Assembly: GCA_963814845.1 (NCBI GenBank)
Contig: CAWFEP010000002.1
Span: 302,015-366,014, forward strand
DNA from: an uncultured Actinomycetota bacterium
Lineage (GTDB): Bacteria > Actinomycetota > Actinomycetes > JAFAQI01
Length of the DNA stretch: 64,000 nucleotides
Direction of reading: 5' to 3'
Part shown: piece after piece, positions 20,943 to 30,122 of the stretch
How the letters are laid out: each line of letters opens with the position of its first letter
Position numbering within the stretch: position 1 is the first letter of the stretch
Position numbers and translations under genes: made by a program
Notes under the pieces: generated by a model
The model's input: only the letters and a program-made list of their open reading frames with translations
The model's database searches: none
Told to the model about the DNA's origin: nothing

Positions 20943-21652
20943 TCAGCCGCCTCGGCGGGCAACGCAGTCGAGCGCCTGCGCCACGAACTTGTAGCCGACG
21001 TTGCTGACCGTACCGATCAGTGCCTCGCGGTCTGGACCGAGCTTTGCCCGAAGCCGCCGGACATGGACGTCAACGGTGCGAGTGCCACCGAAGTAGTCGT
21101 AGCCCCAGACCTCCTGCAGCAGCTGCGCCCGCGTGAAAACCCGGCCAGGATGCTGCGCGAGGTATTTCAACAGCTCGAACTCTTTGAAGGTGAGGTCGAG
21201 TGCGTGGGTGCCGAGCTTCGCGCTTGGTACGTCGCCTCGTCGATGCTGAGGTCACCGGATCGGATCTCCTCGGTGTTGCTGATCGTGCTGGCCTGGGCGG
21301 CCGTGGCTCGACCGATTGCGAGCCGGAGCCGCGCTTCGACCTCGGCCGGGCCCGAACTCTCCAGCAGGACGTCGTCGAGACCCCAGTCCGCGGCAATGGC
21401 GGTCAGGCCACCCTCGGTCACAACCGCGAGCAGCGGCGCGGACGTGCCAGTGGTACGCAGCAGCCGGCAGGTCTGGCGGGCAGCCGCAAGCTCGCGGCGG
21501 GCGTCGATGACGACCACGTCGCACGGCGGTGCGTCGAGAAGGGGCGCCGCTTCGAGCGGAACGACGCGGACCACATGGCCGAGCAGCGCAAGGCTTGGCA
21601 GTACGTCAGTCGAGGCGCCGGTCGCGCTGGTCAAGAGCAGCAAGCTCGCCAC
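20943..21652 (-). pseudogene. glnR: GlnR-type orphan OmpR-family response regulator, one frameshift near 21170
   Basis: The N-terminal pseudo-receiver LLLLTS...VLPSLALLGHVVRVVP...DARRELAAARQTCRLLRTTGTSAPLLAVVTEGGLTAIAADWGLDDVLLESSGPAEVEARLRL closely parallels mycobacterial GlnR. The winged-helix end [43 protein letters not shown] is in ORF 20943..21170. Confidence 0.8.
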
Positions 21653-21752
21653 CGGGTGATCCTTTCACTTGCGGCAAAAGGAAAAGGGCCGACACGGCGC
21701 CAATCCCACGGGGGGCGGCGCTGCCCAGGCCCGACTACGTCAGGATAGCCGA

Positions 21753-22544
21753 GTGTCCGCACCTTCGTCCGCGCAGATCGGTGACTCACTCGCGCTGCAG
21801 ACCGTGGACGGCGAGCGACTCACGGCAGTCCACGTGGCCGGCCCGGGCGAGCAGCGGCGGATCGCCGTGATCGTGGCGCACGGGTTCACGCAGTCAATCG
21901 GTCGGCCGGGAGTGCGTGAGGTGGTGTCGGCGCTGTCGGCGTACGCCGGTGTGCTGGCGTTCGACTTCCGTGGTCACGGCCGGTCGAGCGGGCAGTCGAC
22001 TGTCGGCCAGCACGAGGTGCTTGACCTCGATGCTGCAGTTGGCGCGGCTCGTGAGCTCGGCTATGCCGACGTGGTCACGTGTGGCTGGTCGATGGGGGGC
22101 AGCGTGGTGTTGCGCCACGCCGCGTTGCATGGCGGCGTGGACGCGGTCATCAGTGTCTCGGCAGTTTCGCGCTGGTATTTCAAGGACACCGCACCGATGC
22201 GGCGCGTCCACTGGGCGATCGAGACCCGGCTGGGGCGGTTGATCACGCGGCGCGCGTTGCGGACGCGGATCTCGCCGGCCGGCTGGGATCCGGCGAAGCC
22301 GCCGGAGTCGCCGCTTGAAGTCGTCCCACAAATCAGCCCGATCCCCGTACTGTTCGTACACGGTGACCGCGACCATTACTTCCCGGTCGATCACGCCGAG
22401 GCGCTCTATGCAGCGGCCCGTGAGCCGAAGGAGCTGTGGGTGATCGAGGGTTTCGGGCACGCCGAGAGTGGTGCAACCCGCGAGTTGCTCGACCGCATCG
22501 GCGGGCATCTGCCCGCCTTGCTCGCTCGGGGTCCGGGCCGGTAG
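21753..22544 (+). CDS. Alpha/beta hydrolase
   Basis: VIVAHGF oxyanion region, nucleophile elbow CGWSMGG, and late DHYF/GHAE acid-His region. A GTG start at 21753 was chosen. Confidence 0.75.
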   Translation: MSAPSSAQIGDSLALQTVDGERLTAVHVAGPGEQRRIAVIVAHGFTQSIGRPGVREVVSALSAYAGVLAFDFRGHGRSSGQSTVGQHEVLDLDAAVGAARELGYADVVTCGWSMGGSVVLRHAALHGGVDAVISVSAVSRWYFKDTAPMRRVHWAIETRLGRLITRRALRTRISPAGWDPAKPPESPLEVVPQISPIPVLFVHGDRDHYFPVDHAEALYAAAREPKELWVIEGFGHAESGATRELLDRIGGHLPALLARGPGR

Positions 22545-22550
22545 GCCGCC

Positions 22551-22805
22551 GTGCCGACCGGAACGATTCGCTATTGGGCGGCCGCCCGCGATGCCGCGGG
22601 GGTCGCCGAGGAGCCGTACGACTCACCGACGCTCGCCGCCGCCCTTGCGGCAGCTCGGGAGCGTCACGGCCCCATGTTGGGCAAGATCCTCGATCGCAGC
22701 TCGTACGTCGTGGATGAGGCGCCGGTCGGCGTCCGCGATCACACTGCGATCGAGCTGTCCGCGGATGGCACCGTCGAGGTGCTGCCACCGTTCGCGGGAG
22801 GCTGA
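22551..22805 (+). CDS. MoaD/ThiS family sulfur-carrier protein
   Basis: 84 aa with a ubiquitin-like pattern (IRYWAAARDAAG...) and the diagnostic C-terminal ...LPPFAGG*. Confidence 0.75.
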   Translation: MPTGTIRYWAAARDAAGVAEEPYDSPTLAAALAAARERHGPMLGKILDRSSYVVDEAPVGVRDHTAIELSADGTVEVLPPFAGG

Positions 22806-23525
22806 GTGTTCCGTCGATTCTTGATCGCGGTCTTGATCTTCCTGATTGCCGTCCTCGTGGCAGCCGACCGGTTGGGCGCGATCGTCGCGGCACACGTGAT
22901 GGCCGGCAAGATTCAGACCGACGAGCATCTGCAGCACCGGCCAGACGCCTCGATCAACGGCTTCCCGTTCCTGACCCAGGCGCTCGGCGGCGACTACAAG
23001 AACGTGACCGTGACGGCGAGCGGCATCGTCGTCGACGGTGTGACCGTCACGACGGTGACCGCGCGGTTGCACGGGGTGCACGTGCCGTTCAGCCAGGTGT
23101 GGCATCAGACAGTGACCCGGGTGCCGGTTGATCGCATCGATGGGTCCGCGCTCATCGCGTTTGACGCGGTCGATAACTACCTCAGCGCCCACCACCCCGC
23201 CCACCAGGTCGTATCGCTCGAGCCGAAGTCAGGGGCTGGGGTCGGTGCGGACGCCACCGTGATCGACCGGCTCCACGTGCACGGCAAGACGGTCACGCTC
23301 CGCGGTGTCGGCAAGCTGTCTGTCCTCGACAACGTCGTCCGGGTGACCGTCGGCCATCTGCGCGCTGCGACCCCGGGCACTCAGGTGCTCGGCGGGATCA
23401 CGCGACTGAGCTTTTCGGTGCCGCTGAAGGGTTTGCCGTTCCAGATCCAGCTGCAGTCGGTGACGATCTCTGCCACTGGCATCACCGTCACTGGCCACGC
23501 CCAAAACGTGGTGCTCGACTCCTAG
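22806..23525 (+). CDS. LmeA/DUF2993 family lipid-binding envelope protein
   Basis: N-terminal TM (FLIAVLIFLIAVLVAADRLGA), then INGFPFLTQALGGDYKNVTVTASG and repeated beta-rich segments typical of DUF2993. Confidence 0.7.
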   Translation: MFRRFLIAVLIFLIAVLVAADRLGAIVAAHVMAGKIQTDEHLQHRPDASINGFPFLTQALGGDYKNVTVTASGIVVDGVTVTTVTARLHGVHVPFSQVWHQTVTRVPVDRIDGSALIAFDAVDNYLSAHHPAHQVVSLEPKSGAGVGADATVIDRLHVHGKTVTLRGVGKLSVLDNVVRVTVGHLRAATPGTQVLGGITRLSFSVPLKGLPFQIQLQSVTISATGITVTGHAQNVVLDS

Positions 23526-23538
23526 CCGGGGAGTTTGG

Positions 23539-24156
23539 CTAGGACGAGGGCGCGCTGGGCGAGTCCGTCGGGGCCGGCGATGTCGTGCCAGGAGAGGTCG
23601 GCATCGGCGAGACGCACGTCGGTGTCGGAGTCGCGGTGGCGGTCGGGCTCGGCGAGGGGCCACTCGACTGGCCGGCCTTGGGGGAGCCCACGATGTTGCC
23701 GACCGCGCCGCCGCCGGACGGCGACGACGGCGGATCAGAGCTGGGGCCGGTTGTGGGGGTGTCGCTGACGCAGACTGGCTGAGTCGGCGAGCTCGGACCG
23801 TGGCTCGGCGAGTGGTGGCGGTGTGGGGTCGGGAGGCTGCCGCCGCCGTTGGGTGTCGATGCGGTGTGGCGCGAGGACGACGTCGGATGTGGTGACTTGG
23901 CCGACGACGACGTGGTGTGGAGCGGCGTGACTGCCTCGCCTTTGGACCCTCCGTTGCCGGCGTTGGCCAACCCGACGGCCGCGCCGGCGATCGCGATCAC
24001 GACGACCGCAGTGCTGACGGAGTACGCGGTCCGTCGCCGGCGCTTGATCTGCTGGCCACGCTGCACAACGCTGGTGAGCGCATCGCTGCCGTGCAGCGGC
24101 GGCGTCGGGTCGTCGAGGTTGCTGAAGAACGGGTCGCCGGGGTCGTCGAAGGTCAT
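23539..24156 (-). CDS. Putative anti-sigma factor / single-pass membrane protein with Ser/Pro/Thr-rich ectodomain
   Basis: The start overlaps the stop of the upstream ECF sigma gene (ATGA at 24153-24156). It has one TM (AYSVSTAVVVIAIAGAAVGLA) and a low-complexity SPT-rich C-terminal half. Confidence 0.5.
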   Translation of the reverse strand: MTFDDPGDPFFSNLDDPTPPLHGSDALTSVVQRGQQIKRRRRTAYSVSTAVVVIAIAGAAVGLANAGNGGSKGEAVTPLHTTSSSAKSPHPTSSSRHTASTPNGGGSLPTPHRHHSPSHGPSSPTQPVCVSDTPTTGPSSDPPSSPSGGGAVGNIVGSPKAGQSSGPSPSPTATATPTPTCVSPMPTSPGTTSPAPTDSPSAPSS

Positions 24157-24650
24157 CGGGCGAGCACCTCCTTCAGCGAAGCGAGCCCCCGGCTCGCGTG
24201 GGTCTTGACCGATCCGACCGAGCAGCCGATCAGGTCAGCGGTCTGCGCCTCGGACAGGTCGCCGAGGTAACGCAGCACGACGGTTTCGCGCTGCCGGCGC
24301 GGGAGTTGGGCGAGTGCGGCGTAGAGATCCAGTCGCTCATCGATCGCCGGCGCGGGCGTCGAGTCGTTGGTCTTGAGCCGCTCGTTCCGTCGGAGCGCCC
24401 GGGTCCGGGCACGCAGCAGGTCCAGCGCGAGGTTGCTGGCCACGCGCACGCACCACGGCTCGGCGTGATCTCGGACCGTCGCCCACCTGCTGTAGACGCG
24501 GGCGCAGGCCTCTTGGGCAACGTCCTCGGCTTCGCCACGGTCGCCGAGTAGCCGGTACGCGACGCGATAGGCGTCGCGGATGAGCACGGGAAAGACCTCC
24601 TCGAACGTCGGAGACGAAGAGTGTGCGGTCGACGCCTCCTCGAAGGTCAC
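24153..24650 (-). CDS. ECF RNA polymerase sigma factor
   Basis: FPVLIRDAYRVAYRLLGDRGEAEDVAQEACARVYSRW (region 2) and LPRRQRETVVLRYLGDLSEAQTADLIGCSVGSVKTHASRGL (region 4). A GTG start at 24650 was verified. Confidence 0.85.
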   Translation of the reverse strand: MTFEEASTAHSSSPTFEEVFPVLIRDAYRVAYRLLGDRGEAEDVAQEACARVYSRWATVRDHAEPWCVRVASNLALDLLRARTRALRRNERLKTNDSTPAPAIDERLDLYAALAQLPRRQRETVVLRYLGDLSEAQTADLIGCSVGSVKTHASRGLASLKEVLAR

Positions 24651-24768
24651 GACTAACTCCGTCCCCTTATCAACGCTCGCGCACACCGCGGGGTTGACAC
24701 GTCCACCGAACAACTTACGGATGTTCGGTGGCAGGGAGGTGCTGTGCAGTACGGGTGTTGCGACGGAC

Positions 24769-26607
24769 TTAGCCGCCGAGCTGGCTGCTCTCGGAGCCCG
24801 CGCCGGCTTCGGCCATCGCCACCTCACCCGAACCCGCCAGGCCACGTTCGATCCGCTCGGCCGGTGTCTTGCCAAGCGGAGCGGCGCGCTGACCACCGCG
24901 GAGCGCCGAGAAGATCGCGCCGAGGAAGCAAACCGCCGCAGCCATAAAGAACGCGAGGTGCAGACCGTGACCGAACGGCCCGGAGATCAGGTGTGGGAAG
25001 AAGCCTCGGCCGGTGAGGAACTGGTAGTGCGCCGCCGAGACATGCGCCGCCGATGCTGAGGGCAGCAGCTGCTTGATCGGGTTGAAGCCAAGGAACGCCG
25101 CGAACAGCGAGCCGATCGGTGGCAGCGTGGCGATCTGATGGGCCTGCGCCGCGGGAACCCCTTGGGCGATCAGCCCCTTTGAGAGCGCGCTGGGGAGCCT
25201 GGCCGCGAGCCCGAGGGTGATGACGGTGAAGAAGATGCCAATCGAGAGCACCTGTGCGCTGTTTTGGAAGGTGTTGAGCATGCCGGCTCCGGCGCCGCGC
25301 TGGTCCGGCGGCAGGGAGTTCATCACGCTTGCGGTGTTCGGTGCGAAGAACAGGCCGAGGGCAAGACCAACAAGGAGCAGCAGGATCGCGAACCACACGT
25401 AGTGGAAGTTCATCGGGAGCAGGTTGAAGAGCAGGAACACCGTGCCCGACAGCGCTACGCCGGCGGTCGCGAACGGCCGCGCGCCGTACCGGTCGGCGAG
25501 CCGCCCCGAGAGCGGCCCGGAAACCAGGAAGCCGATCGTCAGCGGGATCATGTAGATGCCTGCCCACAGCGGCGTGCGCGCGAACGAGTAGCCGTGTTCA
25601 GGCAGCCAGATGCCCTGCAGCCAGATGATCAACATGAACATCAGGCCGCCGCGTGACAGCGCCGCGCACAGGGCGGTCAGGTTGCCCATCGTGAACGCGC
25701 GGTTCTTGAACAGGTGCAACCGGAACATCGGGTCCTTGACTCGCGTCTCGACGACCACGAACAACGCCAGAATGGCCAGTCCGCCGAACAGGCAGATCAA
25801 GACGAACGGCTTGGTCCAGCCCATCGTGTGGCCGCCGTAAGGCTGCAGGCCGTAGACGATGCCGGTCAGGATCCCGATCAACCCGAGCGCAAACAACGCG
25901 TTGCCCGCCCAGTCGATGTGGCTCGGGGTGCGTACCCCATTGTCCTTGAGCTTGAAGTAGGACCAGGCGGTGCCGAACAGTCCGAGCGGGACGGACAACA
26001 CGAAGACCAGGCGCCACTCGACAGGCGCCAGCACGCCGCCGAGGATGAGACCGAGGAACGAGCCGCCAATCGCGGCGACACCGTTGATGCCGAGCGCCAT
26101 GCCACGCTCGTTCTCTGGGAACGCGTCGGTGAGGATCGCGCTGGAGTTGGCAAACAGAAACGCGCCGCCGACGCCTTGGCCGAGTCGCATGATGACGATC
26201 CAGAGTGCGCCGTGAGTGCCGGTCAGCCAGGTCACAGACAGCAGCAGCGAAAAGGTCGTGAAGACGGCAAAGCCGAGATTGAACATCTTGACCCGGCCGT
26301 AGATGTCGCCGATGCGGCCGAGGCTCACGACCAGCACGCTGGTGACGAGCAGGAATCCGGTGAGGATCCACAGGAAATACGACGTGTTGCCTGGGGCGAG
26401 CGGGTTGAGCTTGATGCCGCGGAAGATGTCAGGTAGCGCGATGAGCAGGATCGAGCTGTTGATCGTCACCATCAGGATGCCGAGCGTGGTGTTCGACAGC
26501 GCAATCCACTTGTACGCGATGCCGCCCCGGCCGGTTGCTGGCTGCGGTGGGGTCGGCGGTGGACATAGTGAGGCCTTTCGATGTGCGGAACTGCTTAGCC
26601 TATGCAA
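24769..26607 (-). CDS. MFS transporter, DHA2 (14-TMS EmrB/QacA-like) drug:H+ antiporter family
   Basis: Long, fully hydrophobic 612-aa ORF. It has GRIGDIYGRVKMF (motif A-like) and 14 predicted hydrophobic spans. The exact N-terminus is uncertain. Confidence 0.8.
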   Translation of the reverse strand: MHRLSSSAHRKASLCPPPTPPQPATGRGGIAYKWIALSNTTLGILMVTINSSILLIALPDIFRGIKLNPLAPGNTSYFLWILTGFLLVTSVLVVSLGRIGDIYGRVKMFNLGFAVFTTFSLLLSVTWLTGTHGALWIVIMRLGQGVGGAFLFANSSAILTDAFPENERGMALGINGVAAIGGSFLGLILGGVLAPVEWRLVFVLSVPLGLFGTAWSYFKLKDNGVRTPSHIDWAGNALFALGLIGILTGIVYGLQPYGGHTMGWTKPFVLICLFGGLAILALFVVVETRVKDPMFRLHLFKNRAFTMGNLTALCAALSRGGLMFMLIIWLQGIWLPEHGYSFARTPLWAGIYMIPLTIGFLVSGPLSGRLADRYGARPFATAGVALSGTVFLLFNLLPMNFHYVWFAILLLLVGLALGLFFAPNTASVMNSLPPDQRGAGAGMLNTFQNSAQVLSIGIFFTVITLGLAARLPSALSKGLIAQGVPAAQAHQIATLPPIGSLFAAFLGFNPIKQLLPSASAAHVSAAHYQFLTGRGFFPHLISGPFGHGLHLAFFMAAAVCFLGAIFSALRGGQRAAPLGKTPAERIERGLAGSGEVAMAEAGAGSESSQLGG

Positions 26608-26940
26608 CTAATTATCGCATGGCCGCATTCCGCCCGCCGAGGTGCGCCACCAACCGAGATGATCATGGTTGCGACCAACGGCGGCGGGTGCGTAGTGTTG
26701 GCGGCGTGACAATCTCCGCAGTCGCGCCGTGGGACACCCCCGCGCTGTGGAGTCGGCGCGCGGTCGACCTGTGCCGCGTGGCGACCTGTCTGTGTCTGTC
26801 CTGACCGATTGAGCCAGGGCCGGGCTGATCCGGCCGCCGTCAATCTGCAGGAGTTCCGCACCGAGTTTTTCGGACTTTTTCCGTTGACCCGCATCGCTTC
26901 GGGCAACGGCAACTCTCATCAAGCGCAAGGAGAATCAACC

Positions 26941-27778
26941 ATGGCTCGAAGCGACGTACTGGTCGACGCGGATTGGGTCGAGGCCCATCTCGACGACCCG
27001 TCAATCGTCCTCGTCGAGGTCGACGAAGACACCGCGGCGTACGACAAGAACCACATCCGGGGCGCCGTGCGCCTCGACTGGAAGGCCGACCTGCAGGACC
27101 AGGTCCGCCGCGACTTCGTGAGCAAGGAGCAGTTCGAAGCGCTGCTGTCCTCGCGCGGCATCGGCAACGACGACACCGTCGTGCTCTACGGCGGCAACAA
27201 CAACTGGTTCGCGGCCTACGCGTACTGGTACTTCAAGCTCTACGGCCACGAGGACGTCAAGCTGCTCGACGGCGGCCGCAAGAAGTGGGAGCTCGACAGC
27301 CGCGAGCTCGTCGAGGAGCAGCCGACGCGGGCGGCGACCACCTACAAGGCCAAGGAGCCCAACAACGACATCCGCGCCTTCCGCGACGAGGTCATCGCCG
27401 CGATCGGCGTGAAGAACCTGGTCGACGTCCGCTCGCCAGATGAGTTCTCGGGCAAGCTGCTCGCTCCGGCGCACCTGCCGCAGGAGCAGTCGCAGCGCGG
27501 CTGGTCACATCCCGACCGCCGCGAACATCCCGTGGAGCAAGGCGGCCAACGAGGACGGCACGTTCCGCGACGACGACGAGCTGACGACGCTCTACTCCGA
27601 GGCGGGCGTCGACCTCAACGGCAAGGACACGATCGCCTACTGCCGGATCGGCGAGCGCAGCGCGCACACCTGGTTCGTGCTGCACGAGCTGCTCGGCCAG
27701 CCGAACGTCAAGAACTACGACGGCTCGTGGACCGAGTACGGCTCGCTCGTCGGCGTCCCGATCGAGAAGGACGTCTGA
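26941..27778 (+). pseudogene. Thiosulfate sulfurtransferase (tandem rhodanese, CysA/SseA-like), one frameshift near 27495
   Basis: MARSDVLVDADWVEAHLDDPSIVLVEVDED..YDKNHIRGAV..., then after the shift [12 protein letters not shown]...[17 protein letters not shown] (active-site CRIGERS). AAGGAG lies upstream of the ATG. Confidence 0.85.
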
Positions 27779-27780
27779 GC

Positions 27781-28080
27781 ATGTGCGGCTCCCCTGACCA
27801 GGCGACGATCGACCGCGAAGGCATCCCCGCCGGCGCGACCGTGATCCAAGGCCTCGTCTACCCGGCGAAGAGCCGGTAGCCGGCGGCTACGTGCGGCTGC
27901 TCGACTCCGGCGGGGAGTTCACCGCCGAGGTCGTGACGTCGGCCACCGGGCCAGTTCCGGTTCTTCGCGCGCCCGGGGTCGTGGACGGTACGGCTCGTCC
28001 CTGGCTCGGGCCACGGCGCCGCGGACGCCGCAGTCACGGTGGCCGAGGGCGAGGTCAACGAGTTGCGATTGAGCGCATAG
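27781..28080 (+). pseudogene. DUF1416 (SseC-like) protein, frameshifted
   Basis: MCGSPDQATIDREGIPAGATVIQG.. then YVRLLDSGGEFTAEVVTSATG and FRFFARPGSWTVRLV read in shifted frames. This is the conserved partner immediately after rhodanese in actinobacteria. Confidence 0.6.
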
Positions 28081-28110
28081 GACCGTCGGTTCGAGGGGCG
28101 CTTGGGCAAA

Positions 28111-28310
28111 GGTCAAGGCAACTGCGCTAACTACCAGGGGCCTTGGCGGTTTGTCCGGTCACGTCTGATTCTTCGGCCTGCCCTCAAGATCATGGCCGTC
28201 TGGGGTTGCTAGAGCACCCTTAAATGGCGATGGGATTTCGTGAGCGAGAGAATCAGACGTGGCGGGACAAACCGCCGGAGCCCCTGAGTAGTTAGCGCCT
28301 TTGCTTGTGA
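28111..28310. repeat. Long imperfect inverted repeat (MITE-like element or structured RNA)
   Basis: Arm 28124-28171 (GCGCTAACTACCAGGGGCCTTGGCGGTTTGTCCGGTCACGTCTGATTC) pairs with the reverse complement of 28250-28298. I counted five mismatches and one indel across roughly 49 positions. Weaker complementarity extends outward. A ~78-nt lower-GC centre lies between the arms. Confidence 0.8.
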
Positions 28311-28330
28311 CGTTGCTTTTGGCCTAGTGC

Positions 28331-29107
28331 CTAACGCGGTTGCATGCGGATGCCAGCGTCGAGGCGAACTGTCTCGGCGTTGAAGTAGTCGTTGCGGAGC
28401 ATCTCGAGGGCGAGGGAGGCGTACTCATCGGCTCGTCCCAGGCGCTTGGGGAAGAGCACGCCGGCGCCGAGCTTGGCCTTGAACTCCTCCGCCGCTGGGC
28501 CTTCGCCGTAAATCGGGGTGTCGATCAGCCCGGGCAAGATCGTGTTGACCCGCACTCCGATGACCGAGAGGTCGCGGGCCACCGGCAGGGTCATGCCGAC
28601 AATGCCGCCCTTCGACGAGGAGTACGCCGCCTGGCCGATCTGACCGTCCTCGGCCGCGACCGAGGCGGTGAGCACGATTGCGCCGCGCTGGCCGTTCTCG
28701 TCGGCGTCGGTGCGGCCCATGGCCGTTGCCGCGATTCGTACGCAGTCGAAGGTGCCGATCAGGTTGATCGCGATGACCTTCTTGTACGCGTCGAGGTTAT
28801 GAGCCGAGGCGTACTCGCCATCCTTGCCGATCGTGCGCTCTGGCCAGCCGATGCCGGCGCAGCAGACGAGAGAGCGCAACGGCGCCATCCCGGCGGCGGT
28901 GTCGACCGCGGCGATGATCGAGTCGGTATCGGTGACGTCGGTATGGGCGAAGACCCCGCCGATTTCCGCAGCCAGCGCCTCACCCTTGTCGGTTTGGACG
29001 TCGGCGACGACGACGCCCGCGCCATTTTGAGCAAGCAGGCGTGCGGTCGCGGCGCCGAGACCGGATGCGGCGCCCGTGACGATGGCCGATGTTCCATTGA
29101 GATCCAT
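28331..29107 (-). CDS. SDR family oxidoreductase (3-hydroxyacyl-CoA dehydrogenase type-2 / FabG-like)
   Basis: TGAASGLG cofactor motif and catalytic Y-x-x-x-K (YSSSK). 258 aa. Confidence 0.85.
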   Translation of the reverse strand: MDLNGTSAIVTGAASGLGAATARLLAQNGAGVVVADVQTDKGEALAAEIGGVFAHTDVTDTDSIIAAVDTAAGMAPLRSLVCCAGIGWPERTIGKDGEYASAHNLDAYKKVIAINLIGTFDCVRIAATAMGRTDADENGQRGAIVLTASVAAEDGQIGQAAYSSSKGGIVGMTLPVARDLSVIGVRVNTILPGLIDTPIYGEGPAAEEFKAKLGAGVLFPKRLGRADEYASLALEMLRNDYFNAETVRLDAGIRMQPR

Positions 29108-29199
29108 GCCGAAAAACCTAGCGTTTGGCTCATGTCCGTCGTTGCGCGGCCATGGTTGGCGGATCGCCGTCCCGCTGGCGCGCCGCTTCGATCTAGGCT

Positions 29200-30120
29200 G
29201 TGTCCTCTATGACGGCGCCCCAGACCTACGAGCTCAGCTCGCTGCAGGCACTCGAGTCCGAGTCGATCCACATCTTTCGTGAGGTCGCTGCGGAGTTCGA
29301 GCGCCCCGTGCTGCTGTTCAGCGGCGGCAAGGACTCCGTGGTCATGCTCCACGTGGCCGCAAAGGCGTTCTGGCCAGCGCCCATCCCGTTCCCCGTCATG
29401 CACGTCGACACCGGCCACAACTTCCCCGAGGTGCTCGCGTTTCGTGACAGCACGGTGGAGCGGCTCGGCCTGCGACTGGTCGTCGCGAGCGTGCAGGACT
29501 CGATCGACGCCGGCCGGGTGCAGGAGCGACCTGATGGCGTCCGCAACCCGCTGCAAACGACGACGTTGCTCGACGCGCTCACCGACGGAAAGTTCGACGC
29601 GGTCTTCGGCGGCGCCCGCCGTGACGAGGAGAAGGCACGGGCCAAGGAGCGGGTCTACAGCTTCCGCGACGAGTTCGGTCAGTGGGACCCGAAGAACCAG
29701 CGTCCGGAGCTGTGGTCGCTGTACAACGGCCGCCATCACAAGGGCGAGCACATTCGCATCTTCCCGCTGTCGAACTGGACCGAGCTCGACATCTGGGGCT
29801 ACCTCGCCGCGGAGAACGTCGAGCTGCCCAGCATCTACTTCGCACACGAGCGCGAGGTGTTCCTGCGCGACGGCATGTGGCTGCCAGTGAGTGAGTTCAC
29901 GACGCCGCGCGAGAACGAGGAAGTCGTCACGCTCTCGGTGCGCTACCGGACTGTCGGCGACGTTCCGATCACTGGCGCGGTCGAGTCGACCGCGGCAACG
30001 TATGCCGATGTCATCGCGGAGGTCGCAGCGACCCGGATCACCGAGCGCGGCGCGACTCGCGCCGATGACCGGTTGAGTGAAGCGGCGATGGAAGACCGGA
30101 AGCGCGAGGGGTACTTCTAG
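29200..30120 (+). CDS. cysD: Sulfate adenylyltransferase subunit 2
   Basis: LESESIHIFREV...LLFSGGKDSVVMLH (PP-loop) ... HKGEHIRIFPLSNWTELDIW ... is colinear with CysD. Confidence 0.9.
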   Translation: MSSMTAPQTYELSSLQALESESIHIFREVAAEFERPVLLFSGGKDSVVMLHVAAKAFWPAPIPFPVMHVDTGHNFPEVLAFRDSTVERLGLRLVVASVQDSIDAGRVQERPDGVRNPLQTTTLLDALTDGKFDAVFGGARRDEEKARAKERVYSFRDEFGQWDPKNQRPELWSLYNGRHHKGEHIRIFPLSNWTELDIWGYLAAENVELPSIYFAHEREVFLRDGMWLPVSEFTTPRENEEVVTLSVRYRTVGDVPITGAVESTAATYADVIAEVAATRITERGATRADDRLSEAAMEDRKREGYF

Positions 30121-30122
30121 GC

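Noticed and set aside
28340-29847. Large ORFs 28340..29212 (+) and 28759..29847 (-)
   Set aside because: They are opposite-strand shadows of the SDR gene and of cysD respectively. Both true genes have diagnostic motifs (TGAASGLG/YSSSK; FSGGKDS), and the shadows do not.
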